A DNA stretch of 32,000 bases from Longivirga aurantiaca (GTDB lineage: Bacteria; Actinomycetota; Actinomycetes; S36-B12; CAIYMF01). The stretch covers positions 1,269,876 through 1,301,875 of the forward strand of contig NZ_JBHSTI010000008.1 in assembly GCF_042660085.1 (NCBI RefSeq), written 5' to 3'. Below, in pieces: positions 9,961 through 19,096 of the stretch (within the stretch, counting starts at the first letter, position 1; each line of letters begins with the position of its first letter). Both the position numbers and the translations under genes were made by a program. The notes under the pieces were generated by a model that made no database searches, was not told where the DNA came from, and saw only the letters and a program-made list of their open reading frames with translations.

Positions 9961-9995
9961 GGTGCCTCCTTCCCCGGCCGATGAACGATGGAGCC

Positions 9996-10025
9996 ATTAT
10001 CGAACATACGTCTGACAGCGGGCAA
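9996..10025 (-). promoter_or_regulatory. Putative promoter for the DUF222/HNH gene with a LexA-like box between -35 and -10
   Basis: On the minus strand: TTGCCC (10020-10025), 18-nt spacer, GATAAT (9996-10001). The plus strand reads TCGAACATACGTCTGA at 10000-10015, similar to TCGAAC-N4-GTTCGA with 2 mismatches. Confidence 0.4.
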
Positions 10026-10222
10026 GACCCTGCGCGGACGTATCCCGGGGAACCGTTGCGCTGCACGCGAACACGCGCTTCGGGGAAAGCAGCGGTCAGG
10101 CCTGGCGTGCGTCGCCGGAACCAGCAGCAGCCGGACGGTTCGCCGCGCATCCGCGTCGGCGAAGGAGTGGGATGGAGCAAGCACCACCACGTGCTCCACG
10201 AGGGGTGCTGCGGGAGGGCGTC

Positions 10223-11092
10223 ATGGACATCCGGACCATCGTCGTCGGGGTCGACGGATCCCCTGCGTCGGACACCGCCGTCGACTGGGGCGCTGCGGAA
10301 GCCGAGCGCCGAGGGGTGCCGCTCGAGGTGCTCCACACCCTGGCAGCGCACTCGCTCGCGGCCGCGCCGGCGGGAGGCGCGCCCCCGCTGATCGACGACG
10401 ACGAGCACGAGGACGTGCTCGACGCCGCAGCGGCTCGCGCGCGCAGGTCGTTCCCGGGGATCTCGGTCATCGCCCGCAGCGAGACGCGTGACCCGGCATC
10501 CGCCCTCATCGACCGCAGCACCGGTGCCGAGCTGGTCGTGGTGGGCTCGCACGGCAAGGGGCTGCTCGCGCGGTTCCTGCTCGGCTCGGTGAGCCACCGC
10601 GTCTCGTCCCACGCCCTGTGCCCGGCCGTCGTCGTGCACCGCAACGTCGGCGCAGCAGGGCTGCCGGTCGCCGTCGGCGTCGACGGCTCTCCCGGGTCCC
10701 GGGCCGCCGTGCTGCTGGCGGTCGAGGAGGCGCAGATGCGGAAGGTGCCGCTCGTCGTGGTGCACGGTTGGCAGCCGGCCCCGGTCAGCGGGTTCGACGC
10801 CCTCCCGGTGCCGCAGGAGGTCATCGACGCGCAGCACGATGTCGCCCTCAGCGTCGTCGACGATGCCATCGCCGTTGCACGCGCGGCGGCTCCAGGGCTC
10901 GAGGTCACGTCCGTCGTGGCACCGATGGGACCCGTCCTCGCGCTCGACTCCGAGTCCGAGAACGTCCAGCTCCTCGTGGTCGGAGCGCACGGTCACCGGG
11001 GCCTGTCCGGTGCCGCCTTCGGCTCGGTGACGAGCGCTGTCGTCGACGGCGCGCAGTGCCCCGTGATGGTCGCGCCGGCACCTGCCGGGTGA
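10223..11092 (+). CDS. Universal stress protein with two tandem Usp domains
   Basis: MDIRTIVVGVDGSPASDTAVDWG...LVVVGSHGKGLLARFLLGSVSH and a second copy PVAVGVDGSPGSRAAVLLA...LLVVGAHGHRGLSGAAFGSVTSAV. Confidence 0.92.
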   Translation: MDIRTIVVGVDGSPASDTAVDWGAAEAERRGVPLEVLHTLAAHSLAAAPAGGAPPLIDDDEHEDVLDAAAARARRSFPGISVIARSETRDPASALIDRSTGAELVVVGSHGKGLLARFLLGSVSHRVSSHALCPAVVVHRNVGAAGLPVAVGVDGSPGSRAAVLLAVEEAQMRKVPLVVVHGWQPAPVSGFDALPVPQEVIDAQHDVALSVVDDAIAVARAAAPGLEVTSVVAPMGPVLALDSESENVQLLVVGAHGHRGLSGAAFGSVTSAVVDGAQCPVMVAPAPAG

Positions 11093-11099
11093 CGGACGG

Positions 11100-11879
11100 T
11101 CAGACGTCCCACCAGAGGGTGGCCGTCCGTCGCGGGGCGGGCGGACCGGCTGCCTGCAGCGCCGCGACCACCTCGGGCTCCCGGTCGGCGGGAAGGCAGA
11201 GCCGCACGCGCAGGTAGTGCGCGCGCTGCGCTGGCGTGAGGGTCGTGCGCTGCTCGAACGGCTCGTCGTCCCAGACGTCGAGGGTGGCGTCGATGCCGGC
11301 CTCCCGCGCCACGGCGAGGCAGTCCTCCGCCGTGGGCCTCGTCGGCCGCTCCAGGCCCCAGAACTGCCGCCAGAGCGGGCTCATGTGGGTGAGCGGGTGC
11401 GTGACGGGCAGCTCGAGCACGACGCGCCGCACCGCACGGTCGGCCAGCGCCAGCAGGAAGGGCGGAAGGTCGGGCACGTTGTAGACGACGTGGTGGCACA
11501 CCACGACGTCCGCCGCCGGTACGCCGTCCACCGACTCGGGCCAGGTGCCGAGCATCTCCGCGTGCGCCACGCCGCGTTCGTCGGCGGCCGCGGCGTACTG
11601 CGCGAGCATGCGCGCGCTCGAGTCGACGCCGGTGACCACGCCGGCGCGGGGGAGGAGCGCCAGGGACGCCCGGCCGCCGCCGCACCCCACGTCGAGGACG
11701 CTCCCGCCCTCGGGCAGGGCCTCGCGGGCGCGCGCGTGCGAGGGCGAGTCCGGCACCTCGCCCGAGACCGTGAACATCTCGACCGGGTGGATCCACGGGT
11801 CCTCGGGCGCAGCGTCGAGGATCTCGGGCGGGATGGCCCACGTGGCCAGGTCGGCGCGCCATTGCTCGGCTGCGGTCAT
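11100..11879 (-). CDS. Class I SAM-dependent methyltransferase
   Basis: GGSVLDVGCGGGRASLALLPRAGVVTGVDSSARMLAQYA...DVVVCHHVVYNVPDLPPFLLAL. Confidence 0.88.
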   Translation of the reverse strand: MTAAEQWRADLATWAIPPEILDAAPEDPWIHPVEMFTVSGEVPDSPSHARAREALPEGGSVLDVGCGGGRASLALLPRAGVVTGVDSSARMLAQYAAAADERGVAHAEMLGTWPESVDGVPAADVVVCHHVVYNVPDLPPFLLALADRAVRRVVLELPVTHPLTHMSPLWRQFWGLERPTRPTAEDCLAVAREAGIDATLDVWDDEPFEQRTTLTPAQRAHYLRVRLCLPADREPEVVAALQAAGPPAPRRTATLWWDV

Positions 11880-11888
11880 GCGTCGAAC

Positions 11889-13964
11889 CTAGCGCGGCAC
11901 CGAGAACCGCTCGCGTCGGAAGGGGACGGCGTCGCGGTCGACGGCCTCCCCGTGCTCGCGGGCCGCGAGGTGGCCGGCGAACACGGCCTGGGCGATCAGG
12001 TTCGGCGCGTCGGCGTCGCCGATGAGCCGCAGCGAGTCGAGGCGCCCGTCCTCGAGCGCGGGCAGCAGCGCGTCGTGCAGGTCGTGCACCGGTGCCCTGT
12101 CCGCGACCATCACGACGACGTCGCGCGGCAGCACCGTCTCCGCGCCGTCCACGACGGACGCGAGCACCACCGAGGACCCGTCCACGCGCGGCATCGTCCG
12201 GCGTACGACGACATCGACCCCGAGCGCCCGCAGCCGCAACTCGATCCGCTCCTGCTCGAGGGTGAACTGCGTCCAGTACGAGAGCAGCGGCGCCGGCGTG
12301 ACCAGCGTGACGTTGTTGCCGCGCACGGCCAGGAGCTCGGCGAGCAGCCCGCCCATGACGTAGTGGTCGTCGTCGTAGACGACGACGCGGCCGTCCGGCA
12401 CCGACCAGGTGCCGGCGACGAGGTCGTCGAGGATGTCGTCCGGTGTCAGGATCGAGCCGGAGTCCCAGCCGTCGACGGCGTGGCCGAGCGAGCGGCCGCG
12501 GCCGTCGCGCCGCCACGTGGCACCGGTGGCCACGATCACGTGGCGCGCATCCGAGGCGAGCACGTCGTCGGCCGTCATCGGGCTCTCGGGGTAGACCGAC
12601 ACCTCGGGCATCGCCTCGATGCGCCCGAGCCGCCAGTCGACGACGCGCCGCCAGGCGGCGAGGCCGGGAAGCAGGGCCTCGCGGTCGACGCGCCCTCCGA
12701 GTCGGCGGCGGGCGTCGAGCAGGTCGACCCGGTGCCCGCGCTGCCCCAGTGCGCGCGCGGCCTCCAGCCCGGCGGGGCCTGCCCCGACCACCATGACCGC
12801 GGAGTCGTTGCGCCGCCAAGGGATCCGCTCGGGGTGCCACGACCGGCGCCACTCCTCGCCCATCGTCGGGTTCTGGGTGCAGCGGATCGGCAGCGACTTC
12901 GGGTCGGTGGCGACGCAGATGTTGCAGCCGATGCACTCGCGGATCTCCTCGAGCCGGCCCTCCCGGATCTTGCGCGGCAGGTGCGGATCGGCGATCGACG
13001 GGCGCGCGGCGCCGATGAGGTCGAGGACGCCGCGCCTCACTGCCGACACCATCGAGTCCGGCGACGTGTAGCGCCCGACCCCGACCACAGGCTTGGTGGT
13101 CAGGCCCTTCACGAACGCGATGTACGGCTCCTGGTGCCCCTCCGCGGCGAACCGGGAGGTGGCCGAGTCGTTGCTCCAGTCGGAGATGTTGACGTCCCAG
13201 AGGTCGGGCAGCTCGGCGAGCATCGCGACGATCTCCGCGGCCTCGCCGTCGTGGGTGATGCCCTGCTCGCCGACGAGCTCGTCCACTGCGAGCCGCACGG
13301 CGACGGCGCAGTCGTGACCGACGGCGTCCTTGGTGTCCTCGATGATCTCGCGCAGGAAGCGCACGCGGTTCTCGAGCGAGCCGCCGTACTCGTCCGTGCG
13401 GTCGTTGTGGCGTCGTGACAGCAGCTGCATCGGCAGCGTGAGCCCGTGCGCCGCATAGCAGTAGACGATGTCGAAGCCGGCGTCCCGCGCCCGGACGGCG
13501 GCGGCGCGGTGCCAGCGGCGTACGTCGGCGAAGTCCCTGCGCGTCATGGCGCGGGTCTGCGCGGGCTCGAAGCCGCCGCCGCCCAGCACGCCTTCCGACC
13601 TCGGGCCGATGGGCGTCATCCGCGAGTAGTGGTTCGCGGCGTCGAGCCCTGCATGGGTGAGCTCGATGCCGGCCAGGGACCCGTGCTCGTGCACCGCCTC
13701 GGTCATGAGCCGCAGGCCGGCGATGTCGTCGTCGTCCCAGAGCCGGCCCTCGACGTACGGCGCGAGGTCGCTCGTCGGGTGGATCTCGACCTCCTCGGTG
13801 CACACCACGCCCCAGCCGCCCTCGGCCTTGATGCCGCGCATCGCTGCGAGCGACGTCGGGCGCGCGTGCCCGAGCCCGTTGCAGTGCGGCACCTGGTAGA
13901 AGCGGTTCGGCGCCACCTTCGGCCCGATGCGGACCGGCTCGAACAGCACGTCGTAGTCACCCAT
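11889..13964 (-). CDS. FAD/FMN-dependent oxidoreductase of the trimethylamine/dimethylamine/histamine dehydrogenase family (old yellow enzyme-like with 4Fe-4S)
   Basis: N-terminal PNRFYQVPHCNGLG, GFDIVYCYAAHG, GGSLENRVRF, CIGCNICVAT...C (4Fe-4S) and ADP-binding VMVVGAGPAGLEAARAL. Confidence 0.85.
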   Translation of the reverse strand: MGDYDVLFEPVRIGPKVAPNRFYQVPHCNGLGHARPTSLAAMRGIKAEGGWGVVCTEEVEIHPTSDLAPYVEGRLWDDDDIAGLRLMTEAVHEHGSLAGIELTHAGLDAANHYSRMTPIGPRSEGVLGGGGFEPAQTRAMTRRDFADVRRWHRAAAVRARDAGFDIVYCYAAHGLTLPMQLLSRRHNDRTDEYGGSLENRVRFLREIIEDTKDAVGHDCAVAVRLAVDELVGEQGITHDGEAAEIVAMLAELPDLWDVNISDWSNDSATSRFAAEGHQEPYIAFVKGLTTKPVVGVGRYTSPDSMVSAVRRGVLDLIGAARPSIADPHLPRKIREGRLEEIRECIGCNICVATDPKSLPIRCTQNPTMGEEWRRSWHPERIPWRRNDSAVMVVGAGPAGLEAARALGQRGHRVDLLDARRRLGGRVDREALLPGLAAWRRVVDWRLGRIEAMPEVSVYPESPMTADDVLASDARHVIVATGATWRRDGRGRSLGHAVDGWDSGSILTPDDILDDLVAGTWSVPDGRVVVYDDDHYVMGGLLAELLAVRGNNVTLVTPAPLLSYWTQFTLEQERIELRLRALGVDVVVRRTMPRVDGSSVVLASVVDGAETVLPRDVVVMVADRAPVHDLHDALLPALEDGRLDSLRLIGDADAPNLIAQAVFAGHLAAREHGEAVDRDAVPFRRERFSVPR

Positions 13965-14065
13965 GCGGCGATCCTGGCAGGGCGGCGGCTGTCCGCACGT
14001 GAACTCCTCGTGACGCGGCGGCGGCGCCCGGCATGCGCGCCTAAGGTGACGGCGGGGAGGCCGAC

Positions 14066-16822
14066 ATGGAGCTCACGGTCGAGGAGCAGCGTCTGCGGGA
14101 GGCCCGTGAGGGCGTGCCCTGGCGGCAGTGGGGTCCGTACCTCGCCGAGCGCCAGTGGGGCACGGTCCGCGAGGACTACAGCGACGACGGCAACGCGTGG
14201 GACTACTTCACCCACGACCAGTCCCGCTCCCGTGCCTACCGCTGGGGCGAGGACGGCATCGCCGCGGTCTGCGACGACCACAGCCAGCTCTGCCTCGCGC
14301 TCGCCCTGTGGAACGGCGCCGACCCGATCCTGAAGGAGAGGCTGTTCGGCCTCACCAACAGCGAGGGCAACCACGGCGAGGACGTGAAGGAGCTCTACTT
14401 CTACGTCGACTCGACCCCGACCCACTCGTGGATGCGCTACCGCTACCGCTACCCGCAGCGCACGTTCCCGTACGAGGACCTCGTGCGCACCAACGCGGAG
14501 CGTGGGTACGACGACGACGAGTACGAGCTGCTCGACACCGGGGTCTTCGACGACGGCCGGTACTTCGACGTCGACGTCGACTACGCCAAGGACGGCCCGC
14601 AGGCGATGGTCATGCGCGTCACCGTCCACAACCGCGGGCCCGAGGCCGCCCCGGTCGACGTCCTCCCGACCCTGTGGTTCCGCAACACGTGGCAGTGGGA
14701 CGCCGAGCACGCGAAGCCCGGCCTCGAACGCGTCGAGGCAGCCGGCGGCGTGCACGTGCGCGCCACGCACCACCGGCTCGGCGAGCGCTGGCTGCACGTG
14801 CCGGCCGGTGCCCAGCTGCTCTTCTGCGAGAACGAGACCAACAGCGAGCGGCTCTGGGGGACGCCGAACGCCGCCGCCTACGTGAAGGACGGCATCGATC
14901 GCGCCGTCGTCCACGGCGAGGCTGACGCGGTCGGCGGCGAGCGCGGAACGAAGGTCGCCGTCCGATTCACCGCGGTGGTGCCGGCCGGGGGAGAGGTCTC
15001 GTTCGTCGTCCGGCTCGACGACGTCGCACCGTCGGAGTCGGCCCTCGTCGGCGCCGACGTCGTGCTCGCCGCGCGGCAGGCCGAGGCCGACGAGTTCTAC
15101 GCGTCCATCACCCCGCCATCGCTGGACGCCGACCGCGCGCATGTGCTGCGCACGGCCCTCGCCGGGATGCTCTGGAGCAAGCAGCACTACTTCTTCGACC
15201 TCGACCGCTGGCTGCAGGAGCACGGCGGTCACCCGCTGCGCGCACCGCGTCGGCAGGGTGTGCGCAACGCCGGCTGGGCGCACATGTACAACGACGACGT
15301 CATCTCGATGCCCGACACCTGGGAGTACCCCTGGTACGCCGCGTGGGACCTCGCGTTCCACACGATGGCGCTCGCGATGGTCGACCCCGACTTCGCCAAG
15401 GGGCAGCTCGAGCTCATGCTGTCGTCGGCCTACCTCCACCCCACCGGCCAGATCCCGGCGTACGAGTGGAACTTCAGCGACGTCAACCCTCCGGTGCATG
15501 CGTGGGCGGTCGCGCTGACGTACGGCCTCGGGCGAATGCTCGCCGACGAGCCGGGCGAGCTCGCCGCCGGGGCCGACGACGTGGGCTTCCTCGAGGACGC
15601 CTTCAGCCGGCTGCTGGTCAACTTCACCTGGTGGGTGAACCGCAAGGACCCGAGCGGCAACAACGTCTTCGAGGGCGGCTTCCTCGGGATGGACAACGTC
15701 GGCGTGTTCGACCGATCCAAGCCGCTGCCGACGGGCGGCCACCTCGAGCAGGCGGACGGCACCGCGTGGATGGCGTTCTACAGCCAGAGCATGATCGAGC
15801 TGGCCGTGCTGCTGTCGGACCACGAGCCGGCGTACGAGGGCTTCATCGTGAAGTTCGTCCAGCACTGGATGCAGATCGCCATGGCGATGGACCCGATGGG
15901 CGACCACCCGGACGAGATGTGGGACGAGGAGGACGGCTTCTTCTACGACGTGCTGCGGCTGCCGGACGGCACGGGCCGTCGGCTGGAGGTGCGGTCGATG
16001 GTGGGGCTCCTGCCCCTCTGCGCGACCGCCGTGGTGCCGGGCCACGTCGTGGAGCGGTTCCCGAGGGTCGCCGCCGAGCTGCGCTACTACGTCGAGCGCA
16101 ACGCCGACCTGCTCACGGGCATCCCCGATCCGCGGGTGCCCGGCGTGGACGGGCGCCGACTGCTGGCGCTGGTCGACGAGACCAAGCTGCGCCGGATCCT
16201 GGCGCGCATGCTCGACGAGGAGAGGTTCCTGTCGCCGCACGGCATCCGCTCGGTGTCCAAGTGGCACGAGGAGCACCCGTACGTCTTCGAGGCCGACGGG
16301 CAGCGCTACGAGGTGCGGTACGACCCCGCCGACTCGCGTAGCGGCGCGTTCGGCGGCAACTCGAACTGGCGGGGGCCGGTGTGGATGCCCGTGAACGTGC
16401 TGCTCATCCGAGCGCTGCTTCAGTTCTACCTGTACTACGGCGACGACTTCACCGTGGAGTGCCCGACCGGGTCGGGAGTGCACAAGACGCTGTACGAGGT
16501 CGCGCACGACCTCAGCGACCGGCTCATCACGACGTTCACGCCCGGTCCTGACGGGCGCCGCCCGGTGTTCGGCGACGACACGCGGTTCGCGGACGACCCG
16601 CTCTGGCAGGACGACCTGCTCTTCTTCGAGTACTTCGACGGAGACACCGGCGCCGGCCTGGGGGCGTCGCACCAGACCGGGTGGACCGGGGTCGTGGCCC
16701 GGCTGGCGCAGATGTTCGCGAGCACCGATGCGGCGACCGTGCTGCACGGCCCGAGCCGTCCGTTCACGGTGCCCTACCGCCGCATCGCCGACCAGTCCCT
16801 CGCGCACCGGGACGACCTGTGA
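14066..16822 (+). CDS. Glycosyl hydrolase, GH63/MGH1-like glucosidase
   Basis: 918 aa; WGPYLAERQWGTVREDYSDDGNAWDYFTHDQSRSRAYRWGEDGIAAVCDDHSQLCLALALWNG...GAFGGNSNWRGPVWMPVN. Confidence 0.87.
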   Translation: MELTVEEQRLREAREGVPWRQWGPYLAERQWGTVREDYSDDGNAWDYFTHDQSRSRAYRWGEDGIAAVCDDHSQLCLALALWNGADPILKERLFGLTNSEGNHGEDVKELYFYVDSTPTHSWMRYRYRYPQRTFPYEDLVRTNAERGYDDDEYELLDTGVFDDGRYFDVDVDYAKDGPQAMVMRVTVHNRGPEAAPVDVLPTLWFRNTWQWDAEHAKPGLERVEAAGGVHVRATHHRLGERWLHVPAGAQLLFCENETNSERLWGTPNAAAYVKDGIDRAVVHGEADAVGGERGTKVAVRFTAVVPAGGEVSFVVRLDDVAPSESALVGADVVLAARQAEADEFYASITPPSLDADRAHVLRTALAGMLWSKQHYFFDLDRWLQEHGGHPLRAPRRQGVRNAGWAHMYNDDVISMPDTWEYPWYAAWDLAFHTMALAMVDPDFAKGQLELMLSSAYLHPTGQIPAYEWNFSDVNPPVHAWAVALTYGLGRMLADEPGELAAGADDVGFLEDAFSRLLVNFTWWVNRKDPSGNNVFEGGFLGMDNVGVFDRSKPLPTGGHLEQADGTAWMAFYSQSMIELAVLLSDHEPAYEGFIVKFVQHWMQIAMAMDPMGDHPDEMWDEEDGFFYDVLRLPDGTGRRLEVRSMVGLLPLCATAVVPGHVVERFPRVAAELRYYVERNADLLTGIPDPRVPGVDGRRLLALVDETKLRRILARMLDEERFLSPHGIRSVSKWHEEHPYVFEADGQRYEVRYDPADSRSGAFGGNSNWRGPVWMPVNVLLIRALLQFYLYYGDDFTVECPTGSGVHKTLYEVAHDLSDRLITTFTPGPDGRRPVFGDDTRFADDPLWQDDLLFFEYFDGDTGAGLGASHQTGWTGVVARLAQMFASTDAATVLHGPSRPFTVPYRRIADQSLAHRDDL

Positions 16823-16860
16823 CCCTCGCGGCCGCGCCGATCGTTCCCTAGCCTTCGACC

Positions 16861-17184
16861 GTGGGGGAGAACCAGGACCGCGGCGTGCGCGATCTCGAGG
16901 AGGTCCGCGGCGCCGACTGGTCGCGCGCGACCTGGGCCGTCCCGAGCGACGACGAGTCGCTCGTGCTCGCTCGGCAGACCCTCACGCCGCGCGGCGGCCG
17001 CGAGGTCGTCTGGCGGGTGCCCGCCCCTCGCCTGCCCGAGCTCTGCGAGCTGGTGTCCGCACCCGAGTCCGACGCCGAGGGCCTGCTCACCTGGGCCGAG
17101 GAGGACCCCGAGCGCCTGGAGGTCCTGGTGGACGGGCTCGAGCGCATGGATCCGCCCGTCGTGGACGACCTCTCGCTCAGTTAG
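16861..17184 (+). CDS. Hypothetical protein (107 aa)
   Basis: GTG start, codon usage consistent with coding, same direction as flanking genes; no family recognised. Confidence 0.55.
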   Translation: MGENQDRGVRDLEEVRGADWSRATWAVPSDDESLVLARQTLTPRGGREVVWRVPAPRLPELCELVSAPESDAEGLLTWAEEDPERLEVLVDGLERMDPPVVDDLSLS

Positions 17185-17361
17185 CGACGTACCGACGGGC
17201 CGAGCCCGTGGTTGCCGTGTCAACGACTGTGACCTGGGAGACAACGGACGACGCCCGTGCGCTCCCCGCAGCCACGGTGAGGCGCACGGATCCCGTGGGC
17301 TGCACCGGATCTCGGGCTGTGGCCAATGTGACCCAATGCTCAAGAGAGGCTACCCTGCGTG

Positions 17362-17438
17362 GTGGTTACCACACCGCGTCATCTATTCAATATTGAACGA
17401 CCGGGCATAGGTTCCTGGTTGTCGGACCACGACAACCA
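17362..17438. promoter_or_regulatory. Cluster of inverted repeats upstream of the membrane protein gene
   Basis: gtggt-t-accac (17362-17372), perfect 12-bp palindrome ttcaatattgaa (17386-17397), and tggttgtc-7nt-gacaacca (17416-17438). Confidence 0.4.
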
Positions 17439-17458
17439 CACCGCAAGGGGGCTCCACC

Positions 17459-18043
17459 ATGAAGCGCAGGACTCTCGACCTGACACTCGCCACCATCGGT
17501 CTCGTCATGGCAGCTGTTCTGGCCATCGCCAGCGCGCTGCTGCTGTTCGCGGCGTCGTTCACCAACACGACGATCACCGACCAGCTCTCGGCGCAGCGCA
17601 TCAGCTTCGGCCCGGCCGAGTCGATGCCGGCAGCCGAGTACGGCGACCTCGTCCAGTACGCGGGCCAGCAGGTGACGACCGGTACGCAGGCGAAGGCCTA
17701 CAGCGACTACATCGCCGTCCACCTCGACAAGATGGCTGATGGTCAGACCTACTCCGAGGTCTCCGGCCAGTGGATCGCCTCGGCGGAGAACCCCGCTGAC
17801 CGCGACCCGGCCCTCGGCCAGCTGCGCCAGACCCTGTTCATGGGTGAGACGCTCCGCGGCCTGCTGCTCAACGTGTACGCGTTCAGCATCTTCGGCACGG
17901 TCGCCCTCATCGCCGGCTGGGTCGCGGCCGTCGCCGCCCTGGTGATGCTCGGTCTCGCGATCTACGGCTTCAGCCACGCGCACAAGCTTCACAAGCAGGA
18001 GCTGCTGGAGGCACCGTCCGTCGAGAGCATCCCGGTCGCCTGA
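17459..18043 (+). CDS. Hypothetical membrane protein (194 aa, two predicted TM segments with an extracytoplasmic loop)
   Basis: Strong SD aaggggg, ATG at 17459; hydrophobic stretches TIGLVMAAVLAIASALLLFAA and ALIAGWVAAVAALVMLGLAIYGF. Confidence 0.75.
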   Translation: MKRRTLDLTLATIGLVMAAVLAIASALLLFAASFTNTTITDQLSAQRISFGPAESMPAAEYGDLVQYAGQQVTTGTQAKAYSDYIAVHLDKMADGQTYSEVSGQWIASAENPADRDPALGQLRQTLFMGETLRGLLLNVYAFSIFGTVALIAGWVAAVAALVMLGLAIYGFSHAHKLHKQELLEAPSVESIPVA

Positions 18044-18078
18044 TACCCCCTGCGGTCAGCACGATCGACCGACAGAAA

Positions 18079-18115
18079 CACCGCACCCCCCGGCCTTCGG
18101 CCGGGGGGTGCGGTG
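18079..18115 (+). terminator. Intrinsic terminator-like hairpin
   Basis: caccgcaccccccggcc-ttc-ggccggggggtgcggtg: perfect 17-bp stem with a 3-nt loop, about 35 nt after the stop of the membrane protein. Confidence 0.75.
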
Positions 18116-18387
18116 CGTCGGAGCGGGTGGCGGGTCGTTCGGCGCCAGCCAGCGGTCCTGCACCGGGCCGAAGACGTCCCGTGGTCGTGCACTCAGTTCG
18201 CCAGCGCGCCACACGTGGAACGCGCGCGTAGCGTGAGGTCGTCAGAGGACTGTGCGATGACGATACCGACCGGGCGCGACTGGGGTCCCGATGAAGTGCC
18301 TCGACACCCCGTCGGCGAAGGCACCGCTACGCGGAGACGTCTGACGACATTCTCCGCGCACCTCCCACAACTACCGAGGAGGTCGTC

Positions 18388-19089
18388 ATGAGGGGAATGA
18401 GGGGCGTGGTGGCTTTGGCTGCTGCTGCACTGATCGCGGCGGTCGCTGCTCCGGCAGGTGCCACGCCATCCGGGGGCGTGATGAACGGGTCGTATCGGTT
18501 CACAGGGCAGATGGCCGAGGCGAGCTGGGCCTCGGAGAGTGAGGACCCAGGGATCGGGATGCCCCGCAACCTAGCGCTCGTGGGTTTCCACGCCGTAGCG
18601 ACGAGCCGCGAGAAGGGGAGCAGGCCGACGACCGAGACGCTGTACCCGATGGTTGCCTACTCGACCACCTTGATCGACTCGGTAACCGGTGAGCCCTACA
18701 ACGCTGAGGTGTGGGCGGTTGGGACGTGGGCGGACTTCGTCATGGCGGCCGATCTCAGCGAAGCGACGGTCGCGTTCCACACAGAAGAGGCATACATCGT
18801 GGGATGGGACCCGGTGGCCGAGAAGGAAGTTGTCATCGGAACCATGCCACTGACCGTCTCGGTCACCTGGACCGGTGACGGCCCACTCGTGTCGACCAAG
18901 TCGCACGACAAGTTCGTTGAGGACGGGATGTTCCGCATCAGCAACGCCACCACGACGACTCGCCACGCGACGGTCGAGTTCACTCTGACCTGGTCCGACG
19001 GCAGTCACCTCGACGGCGCATGCAAGGACGGGCAGATGAGTGACATCAGGTCCGGCGATTTCCAGCACTACTGGCCGCAGCTGCCGTAG
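18388..19089 (+). CDS. Hypothetical secreted protein (233 aa) with a signal peptide
   Basis: SD gaggagg, ATG at 18388; MRGMRGVVALAAAALIAAVAAPAGATPSGG looks like a Sec signal peptide; mature part has no recognised family. Confidence 0.7.
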   Translation: MRGMRGVVALAAAALIAAVAAPAGATPSGGVMNGSYRFTGQMAEASWASESEDPGIGMPRNLALVGFHAVATSREKGSRPTTETLYPMVAYSTTLIDSVTGEPYNAEVWAVGTWADFVMAADLSEATVAFHTEEAYIVGWDPVAEKEVVIGTMPLTVSVTWTGDGPLVSTKSHDKFVEDGMFRISNATTTTRHATVEFTLTWSDGSHLDGACKDGQMSDIRSGDFQHYWPQLP

Positions 19090-19096
19090 ATCACCA

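Noticed and set aside
8437-9984. 515-aa plus-strand ORF opposite the DUF222/HNH gene
   Set aside because: Shadow ORF; the minus strand has SD, DUF222 and HNH-like features.
10993-13803. 936-aa plus-strand-listed/minus-oriented overlapping ORFs across the methyltransferase and flavoprotein
   Set aside because: Arginine/alanine-rich translation in alternative frames over two well-supported genes.
13703-16807. 1034-aa antisense ORF opposite the GH63-like glucosidase
   Set aside because: Same GC-driven artefact. The sense strand encodes a coherent glycosidase and the antisense product is R/H/V-rich without motifs.
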